Below are positions 17,300 to 26,724 of a stretch of 64,000 nt of DNA, piece by piece (positions within the stretch are counted from its first letter, which is position 1; every line of letters starts with the position of its first letter). The translations under genes were made by a program, and so were the position numbers. This DNA comes from an uncultured Clostridia bacterium. GTDB lineage: Bacteria; Bacillota; Clostridia; Christensenellales; Borkfalkiaceae. Under the pieces are notes generated by a model that saw only the letters and a list, made by a program, of their open reading frames with translations, had not been told where the DNA came from and did not search any database. The stretch covers positions 47,744 through 111,743 of the forward strand of contig CASDOP010000004.1 of NCBI GenBank assembly GCA_949282385.1, read 5' to 3'.

Positions 17300-20200
17300 T
17301 CAGTCAAGGAAATTGAGGGTTACGTAAGGATCCTGAACTCTGGTGCCTTCCTGATTGAGGATGAGCGTCCATCTGTCGGAAGTAATGCCCATGTTAGCTT
17401 CCCAGAACGTAATCTGGTTTGCATTGCCGAGCACGAGAGCATCGGTATCTACATTGTAGTTGCTGTTGTACTCTTCAAACTTAGCGTAGCACTGGGTAAT
17501 GGTAGCTCTTGCGTTAGCCGAGTAGTAACCCATGATGCCCGAGCAGTTCTTGAGCGCGGTGGTAATTTTGTCAACGAGGTTTGCACCGTAGTACATCGTA
17601 CCCGTGAACATTGCATACTTGATTACAAGCACGCCCGCACCCGACTGACCGCCTATGATACCGCCCTGATACTTGGTACACATAAGCGTGGAGTTGCTGA
17701 AGCAGGTCTGGATGCTGAGGTAATCGTTAGCGTTTCTGTCGTCGTATCTGCCGACGATAGAGCCTACATACTGGTTAGGACCGCTGCCTATTACTGCATT
17801 TACGTAGCAGTTAGTGATGTACGTTCTGCTGTATTCGGCGGTGCTGCTTGCCTGAATGAAGCCTACGATACCGGAAATTCTGTCGCCGGTGATGTCGCTG
17901 TCGAGCGTGTAGTACTGGGTGCCTTCAACGAATTCGGTTGCCTGAACGTATGCTTCGCCGTCAAGGACGTAGAACGTATTCTTGTCGAAGTTGTCTGCCG
18001 TTACGTTTGCGTCGAGGCTGTAAGTTCTTTCGTTGGTTACGGATACCTGGTCGATGTAAGTATCGTTGAGCATTACCTGACCTACGAGCAAGCCGCCGCG
18101 CTGACCGCCGCTTACCTGAATTTCGGTGAGTGCTACGTTGTAGATGTAGCCGCCGTAAGAGGTTGCGATGAGACCGAACTTCTGGGTTGAATTGCCGTTG
18201 ATGGTGATGTTATGGAACTTAACGTTTTCGATTGTACCGCCGTCGAGCTTGTAGAACATAGCCGCCTGCTCGTTGGTGGTGGAGCTGACCGTAAGGTTGG
18301 AGATGGTGTGTCCGTTACCGTTGAGAAGTCCCTTGAAGCCTACCTTCTTGGAAGTGATGTCGCCTTCCCAGTTCGTCTCGCCGCTAAGATCTAAGTCTGC
18401 CGTGAGCAGGTAAATCGTAGAGGAGTTGTTATTGAGGAGAACGTTCTTGAATTCTGCAACCGTGGCGATGTTAACGGTCGTTACCTGGTTGGTGTAAATG
18501 TCCGAAGTTACGTCGCCGTAAGTGTTGGTCATTACGCTGTAGATGTAGTAGTTGCCGTTGTTTGCGTTGGTGAACTGAGCCGCAACGGTTTCGCCGCGGA
18601 ACTCGTGAGCTTCGCCCTGAGCAATAATCTGCTCTGCCGTAATATTATTTACAGCGGTTGCGCTCGAATAGGAGTAAAGAACGCCGGTTACGCTGCTGGG
18701 TTCGCCGCTGACGATATAGCCTTCCTTATTTACCGTAATGGTAGGATCTGCGGTAAACTGTACGTCTGCGAACGAGCTTGCCATGTTGATGGTGTAAGTG
18801 AAGCTCTTGCTTATGTTGCCGAGGGTAACAGTTTTGGTGATGTTGTATATACCTGCTACGCCTGCGGTGAAGTGATGAATTTCAACGGGAGCAACGGTCT
18901 TGTCGGGAGCGTACATATAGACGGTTTCAACCGTGTACTGATCTTCCTTGAGCGCCTTGCCGTTGTAGTCAGCAGCATTGAGAACGATGATTGCGGGTTC
19001 GGTCATGCCGCTGTACTGGTCGCCTATCATGGAGGAGCTGTCGATACCTTCGACCACTACGTCGCCGATTGTGGGAACGTCAGCCTTTACGGTTATGACG
19101 AAATCCTTCTTTACGGTCTTGGTAGCGTCAGTTCTGCTCGTTATGGTTGCGGTGAGCGTAACCTGCTGGTCCTCTTCTCCGCGATAAACGATGGCTCTCG
19201 CATCATGCGTGCCGGAATAAGACGTTTCGGTATCGGTATTGATAGAGATAATGGAAGTATCGCTCGACTGCCAGGTTATGTTGACGTTTTCCATGCGGGT
19301 GATGAGGTCGAAATCCTGGAAGGTTGCGGCTGCTTCGGTGTTGATGTAGAGGGTTGCGTGCGCGGAAGCCACTTCTGCCTCTGCCTTGGTTGCATAGCCG
19401 GAAGCGTTTACATAGTCGCAGTGGGTGTAATCTTCCCAGCTCGTGCCGGTGAGGTCTGCACCTATTCTGCGGTCTGCGCCGAACATGTCTGCATAAGCGC
19501 TTTCCTTAATCGCGAGCATAGCGCCCATGTTGATGGAATTGTCCGCATTTCTGTACATTGCGTCCACGCCAACATTGCCCTTGCCCGTAAGGTTGTAAAC
19601 GTAATTGCTGTAGGTCGTGCCTTCGAGCGTCCATGTTATGGGAAGCTGTTCGAATACGTCAGCCGTAACAGCGTTCACGGAAGTACCCTTCTGCGCGTAT
19701 GCTTCGGTGGAGCTGGATGCGTCTATCCATTCGGTAACTTTGTTTGCCTTTCCGCTGCCCATATCGAAGATGGAATATTCGGCTGCGCCTCTGTATTCGT
19801 CTGCGGTGAGCGTCGTAGAGCCGTTGTTTACGGACAGAACGTCGGAGAAGATGTTGTAGCTGTAAGTCTGTCTCGACATATTGATGTTGCCGCACTTGTC
19901 GCCTTCGCCTGCAGTGCCGCCCATAACGATGTTACCGTTGGCATCAACCGTTGCCGAGTTGTTGTAGGAGGTTATGTTCTTTATATCGAGAACGCCGGGG
20001 TTGGAGTTATCCGTTACGCCGTGCATGCGATTGTTGAAAGCCATGCAGTTGTAAAGGAATACGTCGCCTTCCATTACGGAGCCGCCGAGCTTGAAGCCGT
20101 TGCCGTCGCCGTCGCGGGTGGTGTAAACGCTTCTGTCGACTTCGTTGAATTCCGTTCTGTAGTTGGGGAATTTAGCGTTGAATTCCTCCTGGCTTTCCAT

Positions 20201-21061
20201 AATGTAACCGTTTTCGAACGCAACGCAGTTATAAATCATAACGGCGCCGATGTTGCCCGAGTCAACCTTTGCATAAAGGTCCCAGCCGTCGTCCGAGTTG
20301 CGGTATGCGATACATCCGTCGAAGATGTTGCCGTAACCTACGGTAAGTTTTGCAGCGAAACCGTCGGCGTTTTCGCCGTAAGTTTCGTTGTCGTAGTTGT
20401 TGTACGACGTGCAGTTTTTGATGAGGTTGTAGCTGGGCCAGTCATTAATGTCGGTGTATTCAGAATAACTTCTGCCGAGCTGGAGACCGCTGTCGCGGTT
20501 GTCGTAGAATTCGCAGTTTTCAACTACGTTGAAGCTGCCGCCGATATACATGCCGTTGTCGCCCGCGCCGCGGATGTCAACGCTGTCCCAATGCCAGTAG
20601 TCGCCCGTTATTTCAACGCCGCGGTTGGTGCTGGCAAATACCATGTCGTAGAAGCTGAACACAGCTTCGCCTTCGGCGTCTTCCTTCTTTACGGTTATGT
20701 AACCCTGGGGAGAACCGCTTGCCGTAGCTTTCATTGGATAGGTGAATGTATAAACGCCGTTCTTGACGATTACCGTATCGCCGGGCTGAAGGAGCGTGGC
20801 GCTTGCGATAACCTCTTCCACGGTGTAAGGATTGGCTTCGCTGCCGTCGCCCTCGCCCTTTACGGCGTCTGGAGAGACATAGTAAGTTTTGCCCTGAATA
20901 GTATTGTTAATTTCGTAATTGCTGACGACGGGCGTTGCACCTGTATCAGCGAGAGCCATAATACCGCTGCTTGCGGAAAGCGCGCCGCCGAGAATGAGCG
21001 AAACTGAAAGACCCGCTGCGGCAGCAGCCGTCAAAATTTTTCTGTTAATTGCTTTTTTCAT
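17300..21061 (-). CDS. large secreted right-handed beta-helix (pectate-lyase-like) protein with Ig-like and GLUG-type repeats
   Basis: 1253 aa. Signal peptide MKKAINRKILTAAAAAGLSVSLILGGALSASSGIMALA. Beta-helix/lyase-like blocks NADGFAAK, DDGWDLY, DGNGFKLGG. C-terminal third has FKGLLNGNGHTISNLTV, FGLIATSYGG and GGLLVGQV (GLUG-like). Confidence 0.72.
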   Translation of the reverse strand: MKKAINRKILTAAAAAGLSVSLILGGALSASSGIMALADTGATPVVSNYEINNTIQGKTYYVSPDAVKGEGDGSEANPYTVEEVIASATLLQPGDTVIVKNGVYTFTYPMKATASGSPQGYITVKKEDAEGEAVFSFYDMVFASTNRGVEITGDYWHWDSVDIRGAGDNGMYIGGSFNVVENCEFYDNRDSGLQLGRSYSEYTDINDWPSYNLIKNCTSYNNYDNETYGENADGFAAKLTVGYGNIFDGCIAYRNSDDGWDLYAKVDSGNIGAVMIYNCVAFENGYIMESQEEFNAKFPNYRTEFNEVDRSVYTTRDGDGNGFKLGGSVMEGDVFLYNCMAFNNRMHGVTDNSNPGVLDIKNITSYNNSATVDANGNIVMGGTAGEGDKCGNINMSRQTYSYNIFSDVLSVNNGSTTLTADEYRGAAEYSIFDMGSGKANKVTEWIDASSSTEAYAQKGTSVNAVTADVFEQLPITWTLEGTTYSNYVYNLTGKGNVGVDAMYRNADNSINMGAMLAIKESAYADMFGADRRIGADLTGTSWEDYTHCDYVNASGYATKAEAEVASAHATLYINTEAAATFQDFDLITRMENVNITWQSSDTSIISINTDTETSYSGTHDARAIVYRGEEDQQVTLTATITSRTDATKTVKKDFVITVKADVPTIGDVVVEGIDSSSMIGDQYSGMTEPAIIVLNAADYNGKALKEDQYTVETVYMYAPDKTVAPVEIHHFTAGVAGIYNITKTVTLGNISKSFTYTINMASSFADVQFTADPTITVNKEGYIVSGEPSSVTGVLYSYSSATAVNNITAEQIIAQGEAHEFRGETVAAQFTNANNGNYYIYSVMTNTYGDVTSDIYTNQVTTVNIATVAEFKNVLLNNNSSTIYLLTADLDLSGETNWEGDITSKKVGFKGLLNGNGHTISNLTVSSTTNEQAAMFYKLDGGTIENVKFHNITINGNSTQKFGLIATSYGGYIYNVALTEIQVSGGQRGGLLVGQVMLNDTYIDQVSVTNERTYSLDANVTADNFDKNTFYVLDGEAYVQATEFVEGTQYYTLDSDITGDRISGIVGFIQASSTAEYSRTYITNCYVNAVIGSGPNQYVGSIVGRYDDRNANDYLSIQTCFSNSTLMCTKYQGGIIGGQSGAGVLVIKYAMFTGTMYYGANLVDKITTALKNCSGIMGYYSANARATITQCYAKFEEYNSNYNVDTDALVLGNANQITFWEANMGITSDRWTLILNQEGTRVQDPYVTLNFLD

Positions 21062-21075
21062 TGATTTTACACTCC

Positions 21076-22959
21076 TTAAGCACCGTAATCAACAACAATG
21101 TTGTATATACCTATGCCACCACTGAGGCTTCCGAAATAATAAGTACCTGCAGCGTCAACGGTAAATGTTACTTCGTACACGAGACCGTCCAGTGCCTCAT
21201 TCATGTTTACGGCCTCACCTATCTGAGCATAATCTTCACCAAACATTGCAATCTGTCTGGCTGCACTGTCGGAGCTGCTACGTATATAGAGTTTAACGGT
21301 TGCCGCATCGGAAGTAACTATTTTGAGAGCATTAGTTCCGGCAACAAAGTCTGCCGCGCCACCTAACTTAAGTCTTACAGTGGGCTTTTCTGTAGATCCG
21401 GAAACCTGCTTAGCGCTGTATTCAACAGTATAATCAGCAGTACCAATTACAGACACGCCGCTGCCTGCCACAATTTCAGTGTTAGGCGCAAGCGTTGAAG
21501 TTTTATTTGTTGTGCTGAGACCGCTGTATGCTTCGAGAGTTCCGAAATTGATATTTACATTCTCAACCGTAGGAGCAGTGTCATCCCCTCCTTCGCCTTC
21601 ACCGCCGAAAACATCAACCATATCGATTGCGCCGATACGAGTATTTCTTGCAGTATCAACAGGAGTGCCGTTTACAGTCGCGCTGGAAAGCGTGCAGAAC
21701 GTGTATGTGCCGGGTTGGCTGATTATGAATGAAATTTCGTTCATTGCGCCCGTTACGGTATAAACGTTGAGCGTATCATCTTTCTGTACGTTTGCAGAAG
21801 TGAACGTGCCTTCGATATAATTGCCGTCAGGTCCCTTGATAGCTATGGATGAAGTGTTGCTGTTACTTGTGGATCTTGCCTGAATTACGAGTGTACCCGT
21901 ACCCTGGAACGTTACGCTGAGAGCTTCGTTCTTGATTTCGAGAACGTTGTTTGAAGGTCCTCTGTAGTTTACGGTACCGCCGGCAACGACAGTAATAAAC
22001 GAGTTAACGCCTGCAAAATCTGCCTGAGTAAGAGCAAGAGTATTCAAGCTTGGATCAGAAACTGTTGCAGCAAGCACATCGAAGCTGTAATGATTTTCTA
22101 CAGTCTGCTGACCGCCGGCCTCGGTTACGGTATAGTTAACCTGAGTGGTAACAGACTCGCTTTCCTCGCCCTTTGCGTTGGTATATACGAAGGATACGTT
22201 TGCAACGCCGTTATTGGTAACGGTTCCGGGAACGACGCCCGTAATAGTTACGTCGTCAGCGGTGAGATTTTCCTGTCTGCCGCTGGAATAAGTAGCCGTG
22301 AAAGTCCAGGTGGAGGACATCTTGTCTACCGCGCCTGCCTGCTGGGTTACAACAGTGCCTGCAGCTTCGGAATTGAAAGTAATGCTTTCGATTGCGTCTA
22401 CAACGTAAACGATGACGAAACTTTCTGCTTTTTCGTCAAGTCCTTCTACCTGCGCACTTGCCCATATATTGTATGCGCCGGGTTCTGCCGCAGCCATTTC
22501 GGCTTCGGTAAGTTCAACCTGACCTTTGTAGCACTTAATTTCGTAATCGGTAACCTCTGCTCCGTCCGTGCCGTCGCTGCGGACGATGTTGACCGAGATG
22601 TCGTCGAGGGCGATATTAGCCGTAAGCGAACCGTCAAGGACATATTCCGTGGTAGTCTTGGTCATCTCTATACCGACGTTGTGAACGGGAATGCCCATTC
22701 CATAACCGCAAACGTCGCAGAAGCCGTCTACGTCTTCGTCAACGTGGTTGCCGACGTCATTTTTAAGATCCGTGTGTTCGCAGGTAGCGGCATGCCAATG
22801 CTGATTTTCATCGTATGACCACTGCGTCGAGTAGGTATGCGTGTGGGGAGTTCCTGCTGAACCGCCGTCATCACCCTTACAGCCCGACGTTATGCCGACG
22901 CCTACACATACAGCACTCGCGAGGGCGAATACCGAAATGAGTTTTGTGAGCTTTTTCAT
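21076..22959 (-). CDS. probable cell-surface lipoprotein with Ig-like modules
   Basis: Start taken at the ATG at 22959 (MKKLTKLISVFALASAVCVGVGITSGC, lipobox-like TSGC) with GGAGGA 5 nt upstream. The track ORF starts 24 nt further up. No enzyme motif recognised. 14-nt gap to the downstream beta-helix gene. Confidence 0.68.
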   Translation of the reverse strand: MKKLTKLISVFALASAVCVGVGITSGCKGDDGGSAGTPHTHTYSTQWSYDENQHWHAATCEHTDLKNDVGNHVDEDVDGFCDVCGYGMGIPVHNVGIEMTKTTTEYVLDGSLTANIALDDISVNIVRSDGTDGAEVTDYEIKCYKGQVELTEAEMAAAEPGAYNIWASAQVEGLDEKAESFVIVYVVDAIESITFNSEAAGTVVTQQAGAVDKMSSTWTFTATYSSGRQENLTADDVTITGVVPGTVTNNGVANVSFVYTNAKGEESESVTTQVNYTVTEAGGQQTVENHYSFDVLAATVSDPSLNTLALTQADFAGVNSFITVVAGGTVNYRGPSNNVLEIKNEALSVTFQGTGTLVIQARSTSNSNTSSIAIKGPDGNYIEGTFTSANVQKDDTLNVYTVTGAMNEISFIISQPGTYTFCTLSSATVNGTPVDTARNTRIGAIDMVDVFGGEGEGGDDTAPTVENVNINFGTLEAYSGLSTTNKTSTLAPNTEIVAGSGVSVIGTADYTVEYSAKQVSGSTEKPTVRLKLGGAADFVAGTNALKIVTSDAATVKLYIRSSSDSAARQIAMFGEDYAQIGEAVNMNEALDGLVYEVTFTVDAAGTYYFGSLSGGIGIYNIVVDYGA

Positions 22960-23061
22960 TGTTTCCTCCAATTTTTGTCGCAACAGAAACGCTTAATTTT
23001 AATATAACCCGCTATCATAGGCTGAATTTAAGCATACTGCCGCATTTTTTTTGCATTATTT

Positions 23062-23090
23062 ATTCTATCATTGATAATTTAGTTTGTCAA
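23062..23090 (-). promoter_or_regulatory. sigma-A promoter of the lipoprotein/beta-helix pair (TTGACA-N17-TAGAAT)
   Basis: Minus strand: TTGACA (23090-23085), 17-nt spacer, TAGAAT (23067-23062). Confidence 0.55.
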
Positions 23091-23162
23091 TAGTTATGTG
23101 TAAACAATTATCTTAAGTTGTTATAAGTTAACATCGACTACTTTTTTCATAGAAAAAGAAAA

Positions 23163-23190
23163 AATGCGCGGCAACACTGTGCCGCGCATT
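23163..23190 (-). terminator. rho-independent terminator after aroA (symmetric, potentially bidirectional)
   Basis: AATGCGCGGCA-acactg-TGCCGCGCATT, flanked by an A-run on the left and a T-run on the right. Confidence 0.75.
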
Positions 23191-23299
23191 TTTTAAGCGC
23201 TTATTTTATTTATTAAATGTTATGTGCGCGCGTGCGCATATGTACCAATTGTATTAATTGACCTAACTGTATTATTAATTGCTGCCTGTCGGCAGCCAA

Positions 23300-24523
23300 T
23301 TATTCCGTAAGAGCAGCGCAAACGTCGTCCAACACCGAGAAAAAGTTTTCAAAAGTCTTTGCACAGACTTCGCAGTTTTGTATTACTACGCCTTCGCACC
23401 TTAAACCAGTTATAGCGAACGACATTGCCACGCGGTGGTCGCCGAATGTATCGATTTTTCCGCCGACGGGAAGCGAGGGATAAATTATAAGTCCGTCCTG
23501 CGTTTCTTCGGCGCGGACGCCCAAAGCTTTGAGGTTGGTAACTGCGGCGGCAATTCTGTCGCATTCCTGCCCGCGTATGTGAGCCACGCCCTTTATGCGC
23601 GTGGGGCGAGAAAAGTAGGGCGCGATTGCCGCGAGAGTTAAAACCTGGTCGGAATACGACGACATATCGACCTCGCCGCCGTCGAAATTTTTAATAAGCT
23701 CGATAAATTTATAATCGCCCTGCATGGTGTGAGGCATTACGCCGCCCACCCTTATGTTTGTGCCCAGAATTGCGTTTGCGGCATAAAAGTAGCACGCGGC
23801 AGAAACGTCGGGTTCGATTTCGTACCTTTTAGGCTGATATGCACCGCACACGGTGTAGCGGCAACCCTCCGCCTGAACGTTTACGCCGAACGACCACATC
23901 ATGTCGATAGTCATGTTGACGTAGTCCATGCCGTGACTGCCGACGACGTTGACTGTTAAAGGCTTGCCCGCGCAGACGGCGCTTGCGAGTATGCCCGAAA
24001 GATACTGACTGCTCTTGTCGATATTTACGGTAACGCTGTCCGCGGGATTTTTCGCTCCCCGCATGATAAAGGGGAAACTGTCCTTTTCGCCGAGGAAGGT
24101 AAAACTCGCGCCAAGCTCTTCGAGCGCGGCAATCAGCGGACCGACGGGGCGCTTTTTCATCTGTTCGGAACAATCGAAGGTATACTCGCCGTCGGAAAAG
24201 GCGAGCATGGCGGGAATAAACCTTGCCGCCGTTCCCGCAGAGCCGACGTAAATTTTCGCCTCGCGCCTGTCGATTTTTCCGCCGCAGCCGTAAACGTTCA
24301 CCGTGCCGTCGTCGCACTGCTCGACGTTTATGCCCAAAGAGCGCAGAGCCTCGGCAAACACGCGGCAATCTTCGGAAAACTGCGCGCCGTACAGCGTGGA
24401 TTTGCCGTCCGCGAGCGCGGCGATGAGCAGGGCGCGCGCCGTTATGCTTTTAGAGCCGGGGACGCGCACCGCTGCGACGGGGTTTTTGATTGCGCCGTAT
24501 ATATTTTTTACCTTATAATCCAT
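23300..24523 (-). CDS. aroA: 3-phosphoshikimate 1-carboxyvinyltransferase (EPSP synthase)
   Basis: 407 aa. VPGSKSITARALLIAALADG and the two-domain EPSPS layout, with GDHRVAMSFAI near the C-terminus. Confidence 0.9.
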   Translation of the reverse strand: MDYKVKNIYGAIKNPVAAVRVPGSKSITARALLIAALADGKSTLYGAQFSEDCRVFAEALRSLGINVEQCDDGTVNVYGCGGKIDRREAKIYVGSAGTAARFIPAMLAFSDGEYTFDCSEQMKKRPVGPLIAALEELGASFTFLGEKDSFPFIMRGAKNPADSVTVNIDKSSQYLSGILASAVCAGKPLTVNVVGSHGMDYVNMTIDMMWSFGVNVQAEGCRYTVCGAYQPKRYEIEPDVSAACYFYAANAILGTNIRVGGVMPHTMQGDYKFIELIKNFDGGEVDMSSYSDQVLTLAAIAPYFSRPTRIKGVAHIRGQECDRIAAAVTNLKALGVRAEETQDGLIIYPSLPVGGKIDTFGDHRVAMSFAITGLRCEGVVIQNCEVCAKTFENFFSVLDDVCAALTE

Positions 24524-24866
24524 TAAAAACCTCTTTTATATCGGCAATCTCTATGGCGACGACGCCGTATTTCTTTTCGTCTTCCGCTGAATAATACTTA
24601 AGCATATCCTCCGCGCGGGCAGTTTCGCCCTCGACGTAGCCGAGGTCCGCGGGCGGATACGCGCTATATAAACGCTTAAAATCTTCAAAATGTCTGACAG
24701 CCGCTACTTCGGCTTTTAGCTTTCCATGCCCGAGACAATCGAAAATTATGCAGTCGCCCGACCTGACGGTTCGCCTTTTTTCGTCGCAGAGGCGCATTTC
24801 TACCCGCTTTGCGCCCTCAACGAACGCCTTGAAAGCCGAGGGCGAAAGTTTCATGAAATGCGTCAT
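24513..24866 (-). CDS. ASCH (ASC-1 homology, PUA-like) domain protein
   Basis: 117 aa. MKLSPSAFKAFVEGAKRVEMRLCDEKRRTVRSGDCIIF is the usual ASCH N-terminal pattern. It overlaps the U32 gene by 4 nt and aroA by 11 nt. Confidence 0.65.
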   Translation of the reverse strand: MTHFMKLSPSAFKAFVEGAKRVEMRLCDEKRRTVRSGDCIIFDCLGHGKLKAEVAAVRHFEDFKRLYSAYPPADLGYVEGETARAEDMLKYYSAEDEKKYGVVAIEIADIKEVFNGL

Positions 24867-26050
24867 TTTCTTCTTCTTAAAATGTCGCCCGCAGAGAGAT
24901 TGTACGGACAGTCGAAAGCGTATATTCCCTGCACGAGCTTGCAGTCGTCAACGACCGTTCCGTCGGGAAGACAGGCATCTCCCACAATGAAACTTTTATT
25001 GAAATTTTCCGAGGGCGAAAGCACTTCCAGCACATCTCCCTTTCTGAACCTGCCGCGCATTTCAACGCGCACTTTGCCGCCTTCACAGCCCAAAACGTTG
25101 GCGATATAGTCGCAGTCGCCCTTGGTCTGACTGTCGGTATAGTTGACCGTTTCGTGGTTTTCGCCGAGGGCGTACGCCGTTGTGTAATCGCGGTGAGCGG
25201 CGGTTAAAAGTTCCTTTTCCACCGTATCCGAAAAACCTCCGTCTATGCAGCGGCGGTAGGCGTTTATTACAGTGGCGAGGTAATATTCGCTCTTCATTCT
25301 GCCCTCTATCTTGAAAGAGCATACGCCCGCGTCGGCAAGCTCCTTTAAGTGCGCAGACATGTTAAGGTCCTTGGAATTGAAGATATATGTGCCTCTGTCG
25401 TCCTCCTCGACGTCCATCCAGCCGCTCTCCGAACCGCTCTTTTTGACGCTGTAATTCCAGCGGCACGCCTGCACGCACTCGCCGCGGTTGGAAGGTCTGC
25501 CCGTAAGATAGTCCGAAAGAAGACACCTGCCCGAGTAAGAAATGCACATTGCGCCGTGAACGAAGGCTTCAAGCTCTATGTCCGGCACGAAGTCGTGCAT
25601 TTCCGCTATTTCCTTTACTGAAAGTTCCCTCGCGAGAATGACGCGCGAAGCGCCCTGTTCCTTCCAGAATTTGACGGCGTACTTGTTGGTTACGTTCGCC
25701 TGCGTGGAAACGTGCACGCAAAGATCGGGCGCGCTCTTTTTAGCGGCGTAGAATACGCCCGGGTCGGAAATGATAGCCGCGTCCGCGCCCGCTGCATAGA
25801 GCGCGGCAAAGTAATCTTCCATAGCCGCCATGTCGCCGTTGCGGGCGAATATGTTGGCGGTAACGTAAATCTTTTTGCCCAGAGAGTGCGCGAAAGCTAT
25901 CGCGCTTTTAAGTTCTTCACTGTCGAAATTGTCGGCAAAAGAGCGGAGAGAAAAGCTCTTTCCACCGATATATGCCGCATCCGCGCCGAAATAGAGCGCG
26001 GTATTTAGTTTTGCCCTGTTGCCCGCAGGGGCTAAAAGTTCAACCTTCAT
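24863..26050 (-). CDS. peptidase U32 family protein (TrhP/YrrO-like, tRNA U34 hydroxylation factor)
   Basis: 395 aa. MKVELLAPAGN...ALYFGADAAYIGG and the E-x-F-x-H-G-A-x-C-x-S-Y-S-G-x-C block (EAFVHGAMCISYSGRCLLS) of U32 proteins. Confidence 0.85.
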   Translation of the reverse strand: MKVELLAPAGNRAKLNTALYFGADAAYIGGKSFSLRSFADNFDSEELKSAIAFAHSLGKKIYVTANIFARNGDMAAMEDYFAALYAAGADAAIISDPGVFYAAKKSAPDLCVHVSTQANVTNKYAVKFWKEQGASRVILARELSVKEIAEMHDFVPDIELEAFVHGAMCISYSGRCLLSDYLTGRPSNRGECVQACRWNYSVKKSGSESGWMDVEEDDRGTYIFNSKDLNMSAHLKELADAGVCSFKIEGRMKSEYYLATVINAYRRCIDGGFSDTVEKELLTAAHRDYTTAYALGENHETVNYTDSQTKGDCDYIANVLGCEGGKVRVEMRGRFRKGDVLEVLSPSENFNKSFIVGDACLPDGTVVDDCKLVQGIYAFDCPYNLSAGDILRRRK

Positions 26051-26052
26051 AT

Positions 26053-26724
26053 TTATCCTTTGAGTTTGACCGAAAGGGCAATTCCGTCGCCCACGTCGGC
26101 TATATAAGTAAGTAAATCTTCGTCGCTCTGCACGGCGGCAAGATATTCGCGGATGTGATTTACGAGCATGGCTCGCTTTTTGGGAACGGGCTGTTCGCCG
26201 TTTACCCAGCCGTACAAAAGCACGTCGTCCGCGAGCAGCAGTCCGCCGACGGACATGAGTTTTTTGAGCGCGGGAAGATATTTTATGTACTGGACTTTAG
26301 GTCCGTCGAGAAAAATAAAGTCGTACCCGCCCGAAAGGTCGCCCAGCACCTGCGCAGCGTCGCCCTCGACGAGCGTTATCCTTTCGGAAAGTCCCGCTCT
26401 TTCAAAATTTTCCCTCGCCTCGCGCGCGAAAGAGGGATTTTTTTCTATAGTGGTCAGGTGCGCATGCGCGCACGTCTGTAACAGCGCAATGCCCGATGCG
26501 CCCGTTGCCGAGCCTATTTCGAGTATGTTTTTTGCGCACGTTGCCGCCGCCTGCAGGCAGACGAACTGCAGCGTTTCGTCCGAAGATACGGGAACGGAAC
26601 GCGCGAAAGCGCGCTCTCTTATTTCCTGCACGAGCGGACTTACCTTAAGTTTGTTTACGTTCGCCGTGCGCGAGGGACGCTCGGGCGAGGACGTATCGTT
26701 GTGAGCGTAATCGTAATCCATCAA
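26053..26724 (-). CDS. class I SAM-dependent O-methyltransferase (TrmR/YrrM-like)
   Basis: 223 aa. ILEIGSATGASGI SAM motif, DFIFLDGPK, catechol-O-methyltransferase-like fold. It sits directly upstream of the U32 gene, as yrrM does for yrrN/O in Bacillus. Confidence 0.8.
   Translation of the reverse strand: MMDYDYAHNDTSSPERPSRTANVNKLKVSPLVQEIRERAFARSVPVSSDETLQFVCLQAAATCAKNILEIGSATGASGIALLQTCAHAHLTTIEKNPSFAREARENFERAGLSERITLVEGDAAQVLGDLSGGYDFIFLDGPKVQYIKYLPALKKLMSVGGLLLADDVLLYGWVNGEQPVPKKRAMLVNHIREYLAAVQSDEDLLTYIADVGDGIALSVKLKG

Noticed and set aside
18605-21007. Very long antisense ORFs: 800 aa opposite the beta-helix gene, 625 aa at 11478-13355 opposite amt, 496 aa at 1965-3455, 403 aa at 32564-33775 opposite serA, 427 aa at 28650-29933, 351 aa at 30117-31172, and 384 aa at 50772-51926.
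   Set aside because: Each lies opposite a gene with clear family motifs. Their translations are low-complexity (rich in Val, Ala, Gly, Arg, Phe), lack RBS or promoter context, and contain no recognisable domains. This is the usual by-product of codon bias in the sense gene.
23194-23203. TAAGCGCTTA as a possible third copy of the nitrogen-promoter dyad.
   Set aside because: It lacks the 3-bp spacer and the flanking TA(TA) extension, and it sits next to the aroA terminator upstream of surface-protein genes. It is probably coincidental.
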